A stretch of 64,000 nucleotides of DNA, from the NCBI GenBank assembly GCA_028534125.1, contig CM052816.1, forward strand, positions 90,398,001 to 90,462,000, given 5' to 3'. The translations under genes were made by a program, and so were the position numbers. This DNA comes from Lama glama (Eukaryota). Position 1 is the stretch's first letter; each line of letters opens with the position of its first letter. This document shows positions 37,951-52,162 of this stretch, piece by piece. The notes under the pieces are model-generated. The model was not told where the DNA came from and made no database searches. It saw only the letters and a program-made list of their open reading frames with translations.

Positions 37951-39379
37951 TAAAGTGCTTTCTTTGCTGAATACAGAATTTTTTTCTATTAAGTCATTCT
38001 ATCAGTTAAAGTGTAATCAACAAAAATAGAGATGATGCCAAGAAGTTTCATAGAATAAATTTGACTTGGGAAAATTCATTACAATTACTAATTGCAAAAA
38101 CTTACAGACCAGACAGGGAACACTGAGGCATGCCGAAGATCGGCAGCGACCACTGCTCTCTCTAGGTCTGGAAGGACATGGGAATGCTGCGACGATACTG
38201 CCACAGCCCAGTGGCCTGGCTCAGGGCCACCTGGGGAGAACCAGCCCTATGCGAGGGATGCTTGGTAAGGCTGGGATCACGAGATGGATTTTATAGAGGA
38301 AGCTAGGGCCCCAGAGAAGTCATCGCCTGAAACACGTGGGAGAGATTACAGAGGGAAAACAGAAAGTAAGACCCTGGAACCAGAGAACAGCACGTAGGAA
38401 GTTTGCTTCCAGGCAGTGAACTTGCTACAACAGAGAAATAACACTCTAGGAGCTGAGTCTTAGGACGGAAAATAGCAATCCCTTTCTATATTTGTAAAAA
38501 GTACAAATAATTTTTAAAAATACCAGTAAGTCCTACTAGGAAATTGAAATATTTGTGTGCTGTGGATTGGATGATGGCACCTGGGCTAATTGATTAGGGA
38601 CTGTGTCAACTCTGGGCCGGCTACCGTGGTCTTTCCAGAAAGTCGTCTCTGCTATCTGTTGAGATTATGGCTATGGTGCCCCATTTGTCTTCTCAGTTGC
38701 TCTCGTAGCAAAACTAAGGTGTCAGCAACCCAGACAAGCATATTAGGATTTGTAACTGGTTTCCAGCTTACCCTCACTTTCTAGTCTCCCTCCAGTGCCT
38801 CCCATTGACCTAACATGGAGGAAAGCCATTTGCCAAGGGAGACTGGCAAACATACTGGCAAAGACCAGCTCTCTGAGATACAAAACGTAATAGAGAAAGG
38901 GTAGAATTTGGATCTGAGAGTGAACAGGCAATTAACTCACCAAATTCCATTGGAAATTTTTAAAAAATCAGAGCAATAGGAGTTTAGAAGGAGAAAAGGT
39001 CATTTTGTGCTAAACTAATATGATTAATTTTAAGATAAAGATGATCTTTGATGTAGTCTTGAATAGCACCTTATAAACATGGAAAAAGGTGAGGATGATA
39101 CAGTAGGAAAGTAAAAGAATAATAAAAGTTACAGAGTCCAAGGGAAAAAATATCTCAAGTTAATAATTTAAGCATTTGGCCGAAATATTGGGGGCTAGTG
39201 GGAAGGGAGATTGGGGTTACATCAGGAAGAAGCTCAAAGCATAGACCAGGATGCAGATGTTAAACACATCCAGTGTGCCAGAGCAGCAGCAGGAACTCTA
39301 GCAGGAGAATGAGACCATGCAAGTGGTGTGAAGCCCAAGAATGGGCCACGTAAAGCAAAATTTTGAATTGCTTGTCAAT

Positions 39380-41370
39380 TTAATCACTCACATATCCTGA
39401 ATCTATCCACTTGTCTGTGTCCCAACAGCCAGGACCTTAATCCAAACCATCATCATTTATCACGTGGTTGCATTATATCTCTAACTAGTCTTCCCACAGC
39501 TCCTCTTATATGCTGCCTACATTCTGGTCCACAGAGTAACCAACATGATCTTGTAAAATTTTAGCTGAATCTGCACATCCCTCCGCTTAGAATGCTTCCC
39601 TAATGCCCTGTTGTATTTAAGACCAGGATTCTGAACATATCATGTTCCCCCTGATATAATCCTGCGTCCCTCTCCACCTCTTCCCATTTTATACTTCACT
39701 TGTTCCCTCTGCTGTGATCACACTGGAGTTCCCTTCTTTCCTCAACTAGGCATGAACTTAGGGAAAAGTTCACTTTGCCAGAAACATTTCCTCCTTCCCC
39801 GTTTTTTCACTCGACCCAGGAAATTAATTATTTCAACGTTCAGGTCAAAGGCTGTTTCCTCAGGAAAGACTTACCTGACTATCCAAACTAAATAAATTCT
39901 CTCAGTTATACCCTTTGATACTACCTTTCAAGCGTTATCACCATTGGAGTTGCATAAGGTACGAAGAGGGATGACAGAAAAGGAGGAGTGAAAAATGATC
40001 CACACTTCAGACTGACATAGTGATGGAGAGGTAAGAAGGACATATAGGGAGAAAGAAATGTATTTGGTGAGGAAGACCAGGAATTGAGATTTGGACTTGT
40101 GGAGTCTGAGGTGTCTTGATGACAAGCAGATGAGATTATCAATAAGAATTTTGATGTTCTAGTCAGTTTTGATGTGCTGGTCTGAGTCACGGAGAAGAAA
40201 TCAGATCCGGTGTCCTTATGACATGTTAGTGTCTTAGCTGGCAGTATCCAAGCTGGACCTCCCCCATCTTCCACTGGAGCCTGTATGATCTGCAAGCGAT
40301 GTTAGGAGTTCTCCTGCCCCTCATATTTTCTTCCTAGGTGATCTCTTCCTTTAGCCTGGATTTAAAATTTATCTATATGAAGATAATCCTAAATTTCATA
40401 CTTCAGCCTGATTTCTCCTTTAGGTGCCAGAATCTGGAGGGAATAATAGTATTTTGAAATGCATCAAGGGGAAGGAAAAGTATTCTAGGAACTTGGTGGG
40501 GAATTTTAAGTCAAAGAATAAAGTAAAAAACCAAGGTAGCAAAAATAATTACAGAGTATGTACTTTATAAATTACCATTTATATACTTCTAAATAGTGAT
40601 AAATATTATGAGAAAAATTGAAAGGAGAATCACAGGTGGAAACCTACATTTTTTAGGTTGGTCTGGGGGGGCAAGGAAGGTCTTTCTGAACTAAACTGAA
40701 CCTGAGAGATGAGAAGGAGCAGATTTCCAAATATGATATATTTGGACAAAGGCAAGAAGGGAGAGTCAAGTGAAAACTACTTTTCAGACAGAAATGTAGC
40801 ATATATGAAGTCTCCAAGGTGAGAAGGCTCACGGTAGGCTTGAGGGACTGAAAAAGTTTGTGTTTGAGGGAAACTGTGGCACATGGTGAAGTTAGAGAAG
40901 TTGGCAGGGATGAAATTATGAGGGTCATCCAAGTTCATGATCACCTCTGAGCCCATTTATAGCTTGGCCAAATGGCCCTTCACCATCTGCCTCCATCTTT
41001 CCGCTGTACGTGGGTCTCTAACCACTGCACCACATGCACCCTGCTGGCGCTCTACACGTCCTCTTTCTCTGTGCTGGAACCTTTTCTTCTATTATCTCCC
41101 TTTTCTCTACCTTTCAGTCTTTCACTCATCTTTCAAGCATCAAAGCAAATAGCAAGCAGAAGCAGTTGCTCCATCCTCCTATGCCCAAAGTATGAAACTT
41201 TTTTCGTACCTCTACTCTAATGCTTGCCGCAATATATATATGTAATTTATCTTTCACATGCTACTAGACCATTAAATCCTCTTTAAATCCTTATTTAACC
41301 ATATCTTATTTATTTTTGTATCCTAAGCACTTAGTCTTGGTAAACAATAAATAAGTGTTCCTTGGAGAAT
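39380..41370. mobile_element. Cluster of L2 fragments in alternating orientation
   Basis: Approximate layout: + 39380-39920 ('atcctgaatctatccacttgtct...atccaaaccatcatcattt'), - 39930-40200 ('gaattgagatttggacttgtggagtctgaggtgtct'), + 40300-40430, - 40590-40930, + 40960-41370 (3' end). Confidence 0.65.
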
Positions 41371-42220
41371 GGACAGCTTTGTAAGCAAGAGATAAATATT
41401 AATGCACTAAAACATTATTTTGTGGAGCAGATTTAAATTGTATGGTTTACATCAAAAAGAAAAATCCATTCCATGTTTCAAAATCTCTGCATAAAGACTG
41501 AGGTAATTTGCATTTTCAGAGCTAAAAGAAATCTGTGCTTTTTGTTGGCCACTCTGTTAAGGAAGATAGTGACTCTTTTAAGCCAGTCTGAGTCTTTGAA
41601 ACATCAGCATACTGTCTTCTCTTGCTTCCACTGATTCCTGCTTTCTCTTCCCTTTCTCACATAGTCATTCACGTACCTTTATTATTTGGATGATATTCAG
41701 CTAATAGGAAGAGTTGATTTGGCAGAGCAGTCAAGAGCGGAGGCTGTAGAGAAAAAAAAGCAAATGCCAACCCAGTTTAACGGCTTCCTCCATCCTTGGC
41801 AAAAATGTGAAAAAGCGATGGCTCTCGCCACCATCCAGCTCCATCTAAGTACTAGCATTAAAGGATTTCTTTCTATTCCATGTCATATTGTCCCTCTACA
41901 GATGACAGGTAAAGCCACCAGATGTCTTGGCTATTGAAAAGAGGAGTATCCATGTGGGTCATTTTGGATGGGACTCAGAAAAACAAGAGAGCACAAGCCA
42001 ACAATAACTCAGTTGAAAGGGTCATGAAGGACCCAGGTGGCTATAAGGAAGAGCTATTTGGGTCCTTGACACAGCTAACACGCAGGCTTCCCATGGATGG
42101 CAACAGTGTGTCCACAGCCATTAGCTGGGTTCTCATTCATTCAGTCCCTGCTGTTGGTCACAGACAATGCAGACCAGCCCTTCAGTGCTGACTAGATTCT
42201 CCCAATGGGCCCCCAGGTGT

Positions 42221-42292
42221 GGTCTACACCCACAATGACCCGCTGACCTTTTGCAAGGTCTACACCCACAATGACCCGCTGACCTTTTGCAA
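42221..42292. repeat. Perfect 36-bp tandem duplication containing a DR2 nuclear-receptor motif
   Basis: ggtctacacccacaatgacccgctgaccttttgcaa at 42221-42256 and 42257-42292. Confidence 0.97.
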
Positions 42293-42639
42293 GATCAAGT
42301 CCCATCAAATGCTCTTTCCCACTCCTGGGAAACCAGAATGCTCTCACCTTGTCTCCTAGCAAGTCGAACTCGAGATTTTACTCCCTTTCCAATCGGGGGT
42401 TATGACATTAACTCTACATCCTGCCTCCTTCAGGGATCTTCCTTTGTGATTCTCGTGAGCATTTCTTCTCTCAGCAAAATCAGGCTTTTACAGATACTGA
42501 CTGATTCTCTCATGTTGCTGGTATAACAATTCAACTCCGGGGAAAGTAGAAGCCTCTTTGGTCAGAGGAAGAGTCACATAGAAGGAAATGCAGAAGGAAA
42601 AAGCTCAGGGATTACTAGATAGAACTTCAAAAGCTCATT

Positions 42640-42765
42640 TTCATTTTTATGTAAGTTCTCAGCCTTACTTACCCATTCTGAAGATTGAGAGAACACCTAC
42701 CTTTTCTGTTTCAGAGGACTGTTGTGACAGTCACAAGAAATAATGTATGAAAATATGTAAGTGGA
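42640..42765 (+). mobile_element. MIR fragment
   Basis: MIR-like segment 'ttctcagccttacttacccattctgaagattgagagaacacctacc...cagaggactgttgtgacagtcacaagaaataatgtatgaaa'. Confidence 0.6.
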
Positions 42766-45700
42766 ATCTCATCTTAAAAATCTTATATGGTAAAAAAAAA
42801 AAATTACCATTGACTATTCCCTAAATTGTCAATAAGGCACAATATAATGTTTTGTGCCTGAAATCCTGTGCCATCATTCTAAGGCACACTAAATGTTGTG
42901 AACCACTGGGCAACATGGAAGTAAGAAACAAAAGGAAAATCTATATGCAGATATTCAGGCATCCAGCTGATTTCGTATTTAAGAAAACTATCAGGCCAGG
43001 GAGAATGACTAGAAGATGGGTGAAAATGTTCTGTGTTGCCTAGCACGTTTGCTCCATTTAGGTTAATATTAAGCCACTATAATATTAATAGATGGGGGGT
43101 GCAGGTAGTGGGTTGTAAAGATTAGAGAAATGTTGTGGCCACAAATATCAGGGAGACAGCATTGCAAAGCCTTAAAGCAGTATGCCCAAGGAGTCAGTTC
43201 ACAATGCCAAATGCCGTAATCCAACCAGTGATGAGGTTTATACCAAAACTGATCAGAAGGCATTGCTGCCCCTTCTGACAGAGCCCAAAGCAAGGTCCTC
43301 TGCTTGCAAGGCTGCTGTTAGGGTCCAGTCCTCTCATCCCAGTGTACCCCTCACTGTGCAAATACATTGGTCATAACCACTTAACAAACTCTTACTGTTA
43401 AGATCTAATTTTATTTAAAACTGAGGCATCAATAACTCACTTCTCTTTTTAGTGCCAGACTAATGGTGACAGCCCATAGGAGCTCCTAATAACATGGACA
43501 CAGCTGGCTGGCATTTCTCTTTAATCAAAACCATCTAACACGTAAGACTTACGGAGTTTCTGGTACCTTTTATCTGGAATATTTTGGATGAGGGTGGGAG
43601 AGCTGAAGGTAAAACCTTCCCAGAAATTCTACTTTAAAGCACTGATCAGATGCTCCAAAACTAAAATTAACTCCACGTCAGTGGAAAAACGTAGCAAGGT
43701 ATGCCCTGCATCTAGCGATGACAGCCCCTCTGTTGTGATACGTAAACAGAGATCCACCATATACACATCAGTGCTTTCACTTGACCTTAAGTGGCACTAA
43801 AACCTGCTAACTACAGGTCTGGTGGTCATTAGGATTATGGTTCTCCCTAATCGTCCTGAAAACCCAGGCCCATTATGCCAGACTATGAACTTCAACTTCC
43901 TCCGGTTTGCTAATTCTAAAACAATTCCTAGAAGCTCCATCACGAACACTGGATGTAAACGAAGTTTGATTCATTAGTATCCAATTCTCTTCAGCTAGTG
44001 TTTGAAAACTGTTGTCTTTGTGATCAGAAAGGACTTTTCACACCCTTACATTCTAATTCCCCCAGTAAATATTCATTGATTCTGCTTTTGCATATATCCC
44101 TGTTTGAATCTCGTTTGTCTAAAAAACGATGATTGACAAGACTAATGAAGTATTCATCTGTGGATAATTCAAATCAAATAAATAATCTTAAAGTCATTTC
44201 TGTGTAACCCATGATTCTTACTTGCTTATTTTGGGGACAGTAGATTTTCTTCTTAATTATACTCTTCTGAGGCTGACCTCAGCATGCGTTCGCAGTGTTG
44301 GGATGGATTTTGAACATGCTGAGTGATATTAACAAGGGAAAAAAAAACAGTACTACAATTGGCTCCAATTAATCTTCAAAATATATTTTTTTAATTTTTA
44401 TTTCAGCCAGTGTTCTACAAGGGGAAGTCACTATGCCATTGGCTGCAATCCACCTCCACGTTCATGCCAGACGTGTAACTCTTCACTTTAGACACCACCT
44501 GAAGTGACGCATCCTGCCTCCATGAGTGAAAGGCAGGGAAACGCTGATAGGGCTATCATACTGTGTTGTCCCAGATGCTTTGAAGTTAATTACTTAAAAT
44601 CAAATATACCTAAACTGGGAAAATGTAACTCCTTAAAATGTCTCAGAGAAGAAACGCAGTAAGAACAGCCATGGGGCCAGACCCACTCTTAAAGAGGTAA
44701 GAGGGATGCAGTTTCACATGCAATCTCAAGATATCTCAACAGAGCAAGAAGAGTAACTCATTTTTATAAAACTCATACCTGAGAACTCTGCATTGATAAA
44801 CACGTCACCTCTTAGTAGATATCTGCCTAGACTAAAATAACCACCACCCTTCTGAAGGTGAAAATTAGGATAAAGTGGTCAGAAATGTGAACAGGGATTT
44901 CACATAGTGAAGGGGTTCTCCAAAATGGTGATCTTTCAGGCAAACACTGAGAACTAAACTTACTCTTTATTAAAGAATTTCTTTAATTTTTTTAATTACA
45001 AAATCAATATGTGCTCCCTGTGAAAAACCTCAGAATATAAAATAAGTGCAAATACCCTTAAAATCCTCAAAAGGAAAAGTAAAATGATCTTGCTAAATCT
45101 TTCACAGCCATCCTTTACCTGTCAGAGGATACTATATCATGAGAGACGTCATGCTGGATAGCCATTTAGACAGAAAAATGCACTCCTTATTGCAATAAAA
45201 TACTTTTTCCACAAAGCACCACAGCAGAATTAACACAGGACCACACATAAAACAATCAAAGTAACATGGCTCCGCTGGGCCCTGTTATTTGTAACAGGAG
45301 GAATTTGTGTTTGTTACTAGAAAAATAATTACGGGCAATGAAGGAAGTGTGATTGGGGCGTGCACCTTCCTGAGTTTATTCAAAAAAATATTTACTAAGT
45401 GCATACAAAGTGCTGGGGTTAAAGGGTGACCAAGACATAAGTCTGGGCTCCCAGGAATCTTATAAGCTAATAGGTGAGACCAGAAATGGAATTACCCTGA
45501 AAATAAGAAAGCAACACTTTATAGCCTCGCATTTGCCAGGGTCTTTCCAAGAGAACTTGTATTTAATTTGTACTTATAATTTTGAATTATTTTCTGTAAA
45601 AGGATCATAAAACTGCATATGCTTCAGATGTGCCTCTGGATTAGATAAATAGTGAGCAAGTAAAAATATACTCAAGATCATTTGCAGTACGGACAAGTGC

Positions 45701-46052
45701 TAAGCAGGAAGCAGAGGAAGCTGATGTGACAGTGACAGGGCTACTTTAAAATGAGACATCAGGACAAGCTCATGAACTAAACCTAAACGAAAATGCTTTA
45801 GAGGGGTTTGGAAGAGAAATGGCGGAAAGTTTGTAAACTTTTGCATTGAGTTTATTTACATACTTAGCATGCATTATATAAGAATTTATTCTGGCAGTAG
45901 AACGATGTTAAATTTAGAGATTAATTGTAAGTTTGAGAAGTTAAGCCCTGCTCATCTTTTGTTTTCCACAGGTATATTCAGTAGCACTCACAAAAAATGA
46001 TCTCTTCTATGACTTTCAGAGTTTACAATGAATATATCGGTGTTTGCTCTAG

Positions 46053-46250
46053 ATTTTTTTATTGAGGTATAGTCAGTTACAATGTGTCAATTTCTGATGT
46101 ACAGCATAATGTCCCAGTTATGCATATATTTGTTTTCATTTTCTTTTACATTAAAGGTTATTACAAGATATTGAATATAGTTCCCTGTGCTATACAAAGG
46201 AAATTTGTTTTTTATCTATTTTTATATATAGTGGTTGACTTTTGCAAACC
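46053..46250 (-). mobile_element. Short L1 3' end (camelid/artiodactyl-type)
   Basis: A poly-T is followed by 'attgaggtatagtcagttacaatgtgtcaatttctgatgtacagcataat...ttacaagatattgaatatagttccctgtgctatac'. Confidence 0.88.
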
Positions 46251-47702
46251 TTCTTCTAGTTATTTTTATTCTAATATCTCATGATTCTTCTAGAAATATT
46301 TGAACATTTAAAAATCAATACAAATATATATTATATGACACTTATAATATTTATATTGTAATTTACATACACATAGAAACTATTTGATCAGGACTAGTGA
46401 ACTAAATTATTCTGAATTAAAACACTGTGCATGTGCATATGTGTATATGTATCTAGTTCTGACTGTAATTGTTTTCATTATTCATTATTTTCCATCTACA
46501 TGGGAAAAATAAACAAAAACGTGTTTTATTAAAAATAAAGGATAGAATTAATGTCCATGTAATCTTTAAATGACTTTTATGTTCTACTGTAAATAGGATG
46601 ATTAGAAAGTAGGAAATGATTGGATTCCAACACCATTTTTCAGCTCTAATAGCAATATAAAAATATTAACTGTGATAGTTTATATTCGTACTGACCAAAT
46701 AGCATTCTGTATATCTTTTTATATTCAGAATTAGAGGCACCTTGCTATAAATTCTGTAAGTCAGCGGTCTTTTTTTTTTTCATTATAATGCATTAGTCTC
46801 CTGTAAAAAGCTTCCATTTGCTACAGTTGTACTTCTTAGTTCTGAGTCCACAAGTATACGTTTATAAAGATATTTCTTACCTACTGTTAATTTCCAAATC
46901 AGGCCAAAATCTATTTGGAAAATATGTGTTGCTAGAATCAATTAATCCAAAATAGCTTCCATCAGACTCACATCTAACTCCATAATTGTGATTTCCTTTG
47001 TAATAATGAGAAGAGTATTAATGTTGCAGTGATACTGCATAGGTGAAAAGGAGGAAAAATAAGAACAGAAAGAGAAAGACAGAGGCACAGGGGAAAAAAA
47101 AAGAAAAGTATGAAGGATGAATAGGAAGATCAAACCCCATAGGAAAGGAGACGCTCAGGACTAGTAGGCATCAACTCTCAGACTCTGACTTTTCTTCTAA
47201 AAATGAGCTGAACTTCTAGTCACAGTTTATTAAAGTAGTCAGCTCCACGGCTGGTGCCTCCCATTCACCCCTGAGGTCAATGGCAGTCCTGTGTCTTTTT
47301 GTTGCATCTGTACCACACACCATCTAATTTTCCAGTCTCCTCTTGCAAAGCAATCGAGTCCCCAAACCAGGATTTGACATCTGAACTCCTCCAGATTGTT
47401 GAGAATTCCCAGGTCGTGAAATCCTGTCTGACTCCTGATAGCCAGCTCTATGCTTTGGTAAACCATGATTCTGCATTTTTTCATAAGTACTAGTGTTGAC
47501 ATTATATTCCCCTAAATGCAATAATTATATGTTAGAAAATCTCGATAGATTACAGTGTCTCCATAAGATAAACAATAGTGCAGTAGTGTCCCTCCCTCAT
47601 CAGCAGATCATCAGATCTACATAATCTTTATGTGAGAATAGAGACTCTTTACCATATAAGAATTCTAACTACCACAATATTTTATATCAGAATTCTAAAT
47701 AG

Positions 47703-47716
47703 TATATATATATAAT

Positions 47717-47771
<55 letters not shown>
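47703..47771. repeat. (TA)n microsatellite
   Basis: Read directly, with a few interruptions. Confidence 0.97.
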
Positions 47772-47772
<1 letters not shown>

Positions 47773-48009
47773 CAGGTTCTCTGGGTTCTGATATGACCCA
47801 GACAGTGTCAACTTTTTTTCCTACTGTGTGTTTTGTTTTATTCCCCAGATATTGGTTTTATTAGATGTACTCAAGTCTTCAGTTTCTCAATAAAGAAACT
47901 TAATATTTCTTATTCCTATGCAAATAATCTCTTAAAGTTATTAATCTATTCAAGGGCTCAAAATGTTAAGAGAAAGCCAATAGAAGTAAAAATCAATACA
48001 GTAAAACGA

Positions 48010-48640
48010 TGCTTCAACTATGGAAAACAGAATAGCAGTTCCTTAAAAAACCAAAAACAGAATTATCATATGACCCCAAAATTCCATTTGATTTATACTC
48101 AAAAGAATTGAAAGCAGGGTCTTGAAGAAGTACTTACGCAGCCATGTTCATAGCATCATTATTCACAACAGCCGTAAGGTAGACACAATCCAAGTGTTCT
48201 TCAACAAACGAATGGATAAACCAAATGTAGTATGGTCATACAATAGAATACTATTTAGGCTTGAAAAGAAAGAAAATGCTAACTCATGCTACAGCGTCAA
48301 TGAACCTGAAGGACATTATGGTAAGTGAAACAAGCGAGGCACAGAAAGACACATACTGTGTGATTCCACTTACGTGAGATACCTGGAGTGGTCAGATTCA
48401 CAGAGGGAAAAAGTAGAAGGGTGGTTTCCAGGAGCTCGGAGGCAGCGTAGTGGAGATTTACTGTTTAATAGGCACAGAGCTTCAGTTCTGAAAGATAAAG
48501 GATGTTCTGGAGATTCGTTGCAAGACAGTGTGAATGTACATACTACTAAATTGTGCACTTAAAAATGGTTGAGATGGTAAATTTTATGTTGTGTGTGTTT
48601 TACCACAGTTAAGGTTTTTATTTTTAATTTTTTAAAGGGG
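48010..48640 (+). mobile_element. L1 3' end (L1MB-like, eutherian-wide age)
   Basis: L1MB-like ORF2 end and 3' UTR 'tatggaaaacagaatagcagttcctt...catgttcatagcatcattattcacaa...gtatgattccacttacgtgag-like...aaattgtgcacttaaaaatggttgagatggtaaattttatgtt'. Confidence 0.88.
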
Positions 48641-48649
48641 AAAAAACAA

Positions 48650-48900
48650 GACAGAAAAACATACTTATTCAGATATTCATTTTAGCGTTATTCACAATGG
48701 TAAAACACTAGAAATAAAAGAAAAATCTATTATGAGGAATATGGCTAAATAATTGATGATATATTCACACCATAGAATAAAATGAAGACATTAACTTAAG
48801 GTAAATCAGTTGGTTTAAAATGATTTACACAAAGTATAATTGAGTGAGGAAATTAAGAGGAAGAAAATTGTACATATATATCACCATTTTGAAAAACAAG
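48650..48900 (+). mobile_element. Older L1 (L1ME-like) 3' fragment
   Basis: Diverged L1 segment 'agatattcattttagcgttattcacaatggtaaaacactagaaa...atggctaaataattgatgatatattcacaccatagaat'. Confidence 0.6.
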
Positions 48901-48949
48901 CTATCAACAAATGCAATCATATAATAATAATTATACTGGAAACTGGCAT

Positions 48950-49140
48950 TACTGTATACCAGGTACTTTTCTAAACACACAGCATGAAATAATTCACATA
49001 GCATGAAACAATTCATCTAATCTTCACAACATTCCTGCTAATCTCACTTGAAAGCAAGGAAACTGAGTCACTGAGAGGTCAGAATTCTTCAAGATCTCAC
49101 AGCAAGTGTCAGAAGAAGTTGACCCCCAGAAGTCTATCCT
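48950..49140 (-). mobile_element. MIR SINE
   Basis: Reverse MIR core 'catctaatcttcacaacattcct...aaggaaactgagtcactgagaggtcagaattcttcaagatctcacagcaagt'. Confidence 0.7.
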
Positions 49141-51039
49141 TCAGTGTGTGTATGTATGGGTGTGTCTTCAGATGTATGATTCCAGATTAAATACATACAA
49201 CAATACATAATAAGTTGATGATGTGAGTTACTTGGGATAGAGATGGGAATGCTAATGGGGGTGAAAGAGAGAAGAAATGCAGGGGATGGAGCAGAGACAA
49301 AAAGAACAGAGTCATAAACATAAATAATATGACCATATTTATGCCTTTATGTAACCTCACATGTGTGTAAGGAGAAATATTAAATTTCAAAAAAAAAAAA
49401 GACTAAATTTTATTCCAGGAATTTTTTTGTGTGTGCTTCTTGAAACAGCAGCAAAAGCTTTCTATGAAAATGAAACTTGAAATTATTAGACAACATCATA
49501 TACAAATTGCTATAATTGCATTTGTTTTGCATATTTGAAAAATTAAATGGAAATCAAATATTTGTGACATTCTACATATGCCTGTTACCTTGTTTCAGAA
49601 GTCTGAGATTATTCCTACCAGTGTTTCCAAAAACTAAAAACAAATATGAACCCATGATCTATGAAATGATAATGAGTGTTTGCAGCTGGAGTTTGGAGGT
49701 GGGGTGTCATATCCAAACCAATGCAGAAGAAATAGCAGCTCATGTGTACCTCAACGCATCCTATATCACTTAATACGCTATTGTTTACTGTGAACCTCCA
49801 AAATGATGAAAGGATGCGTCACTTTCCAAACTTCTTTGTCTAGAGAGAACTTTTTAAAAATGCTATGCCTTCTAAGCATTGCCCCCAAAAATGATTTTAC
49901 AAAGCAGATCTGGGAACTAATTACCTACAATATAGCTTTTCTTGACCTTTAAAACTGCCAGAAAATCCTGGAAGGAGACAATGAGATGAATAGATAAAGG
50001 GTAGAGAGGTTTTCCTTTTTTTTTTTTTTCAGTTTACCAAGTCATGTTTTTGCATTTGACATTTTACCATGCACAATATATTGACAGCAGAAAATCAAAT
50101 AGAAGCTCCTAAAAGTTCCACTTCTCTTTCTGAAAATAGTTTTGCTCACATAATAAAGTCAGTTTATTGACCAATAGTGTTATAGTACCTGATTTTCATG
50201 TGTGAATTTCGTGTTATTTACAAACTGATGTCTAAAGCTACTTTTATGTTAATGCCTATTTTATCTATTTTTACTGTGTTGAAAGTTTTGTTATCAAGCC
50301 TCATTAGCCTACTTCGAAGCAATGAGAAGCTTCCTCCCGAATTAACTAAGATCCCTATTTAACTGCTCTGATCCAATCATTACCATGTAGGAAGTAATCA
50401 ATATTTAAAACTTACAGGAGATTTATTCAATGAATATCTATGTTTCAGGCATTTCCTTAAGGGCCGTGGGGATCCTAAGACAGATAATACTTCATACTTC
50501 CTTCAAGGTGTTCATAATCTACTGAAAGAAGCAGAAAATCTTCACAAATCAACACAGTGAATGAAATATGTTTAAGGAAATAGGAATAAAAAGAAAGAAA
50601 AAAGGCTTTATAACCTGGTCAAAAACATCATTTCTACTAATGAGCTGCCTTTGTTAGAGGTTTGACAAACATGGTGGCAGGAATACTAATGTGTTATGCA
50701 ATCTTCCCTTAAAAGGTTGTTCCTGCTGTACTTCCTCAAGAGTTCAGCCCACTTTTGAGATGGACACGGATAGTCTTACTTTTTCAACCTCATTGGGTTT
50801 TCAAGAGGAGCCAGTGAGGAACAAATATGAAAGAATTCTGGAGATTTCCCAAATATAAGATACTTTTTTCAAATTGGAACTGAAGATTATGCTTCTGTTT
50901 CACAATTTGTAGGAATCCACAGGGTCCCTGACAGAGACCACCACCTATCCTTCAAAATCTGTCCTCACTTCCCTGCATGCAGCTGCCCAGCCTCATTTGC
51001 AATAAAAAAGTGTGGCCAGCCATGTATTTAAGTTCTATT

Positions 51040-51265
51040 CCCAACTTCTGTTTCAATTTCATGGGCACGCCTCCTCCACACTGTCTTCTTCCTAGCGCCT
51101 ACCAGGATCCTTTGCAACCAACCTTTCCCTGCTAAAGATGGTGACACTGCCCAAGGAGGAGATAGAAATACACAAGAGCAAACATGGATCCCTGAATAGC
51201 AGTGTGGAGCACAGCTACTCACCCATCCGGAATACTTAACGCAGCCTGTCATGTGGCAGTTAAAC
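51040..51265 (+). mobile_element. MaLR LTR fragment (old MLT1)
   Basis: MLT1-like segment 'catggatccctgaatagcagtgtggagcacagct...cctgtcatgtg'. Confidence 0.45.
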
Positions 51266-52162
51266 AGATGTAAATCTTTGGATTAGACTATTCAGAAAGG
51301 ATTCCACTACGTGAATTTTAGTCTTGTCTGGCCGGATGATAAGAAAATTTGCAATTTCCTAATTTCTAAAATGACAGCATCTGGCTAGATCAGTGTTTTA
51401 ACAACTGTGCTTCACAGAACTCTAATTCTTACAACTTTTAAATTATTTCAGAGAGCAATTTTGAAGGAGGAGGAGAGGATGAGGGCCAGAGGAGCAGGAA
51501 GCCATTAGAATCATCAGGCTGTTTGTTAACGGACCTATTTATTCCCTTATCAGTCAACGCAGCTCTGTTTTCTATACTGGGCATCCTAAAAAAGAATTTC
51601 AATAAAGAATTTTGCACTTAAAATATTTATTGAAAATAACTAAGTTGTAAAATCTCTAAAATACATGTATTCCTGAAATTCTAAACTTGCAAGTATTTAA
51701 AGTTTTTTCTCAGTAGTAATGATGGATTTTCCTCTGAAACATCTGTGTATCTCTCTCTCAACGGTCCTCAGTGATCAGCGACACATATTTCATAAGTGAT
51801 CTAAGTTAGTCATGGAATTCATGATTATAAAATGTAATTTTCTTTGTGCAAATTAACTAGACTATCTAGGGATCTAAGATATGATCTTGACCTCATTAAT
51901 ACTGTACTTGAACCAACTTACCTAAGAGAGTAGTAAGAAATATCTTGATGTGCGTAATGAGTTCTTCAATATCTGTTTGGTGTCTTTTCTATTTGTTTTA
52001 AAAGAATCCTGAAAGAGTGATCAAACTGTTTCACCATGCCTCTTTAATTCAGTCTCCCACCCCATGTCTCGTGATGATGTCCATTGTATGTCATTTTGCT
52101 TTATTGGAAAAGTCTTTCCATTGACTCAGGGACAAACTCTGATCACTTTGTATACTAAACCA

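Noticed and set aside
44385..44480. Splice acceptor (ttttatttcag) as the start of a coding exon; similar acceptors near 21805 and 45971
   Set aside because: No convincing paired donor and no recognisable peptide; the frame I translated after 44406 hits a stop early. Such acceptor-like tracts are common by chance.
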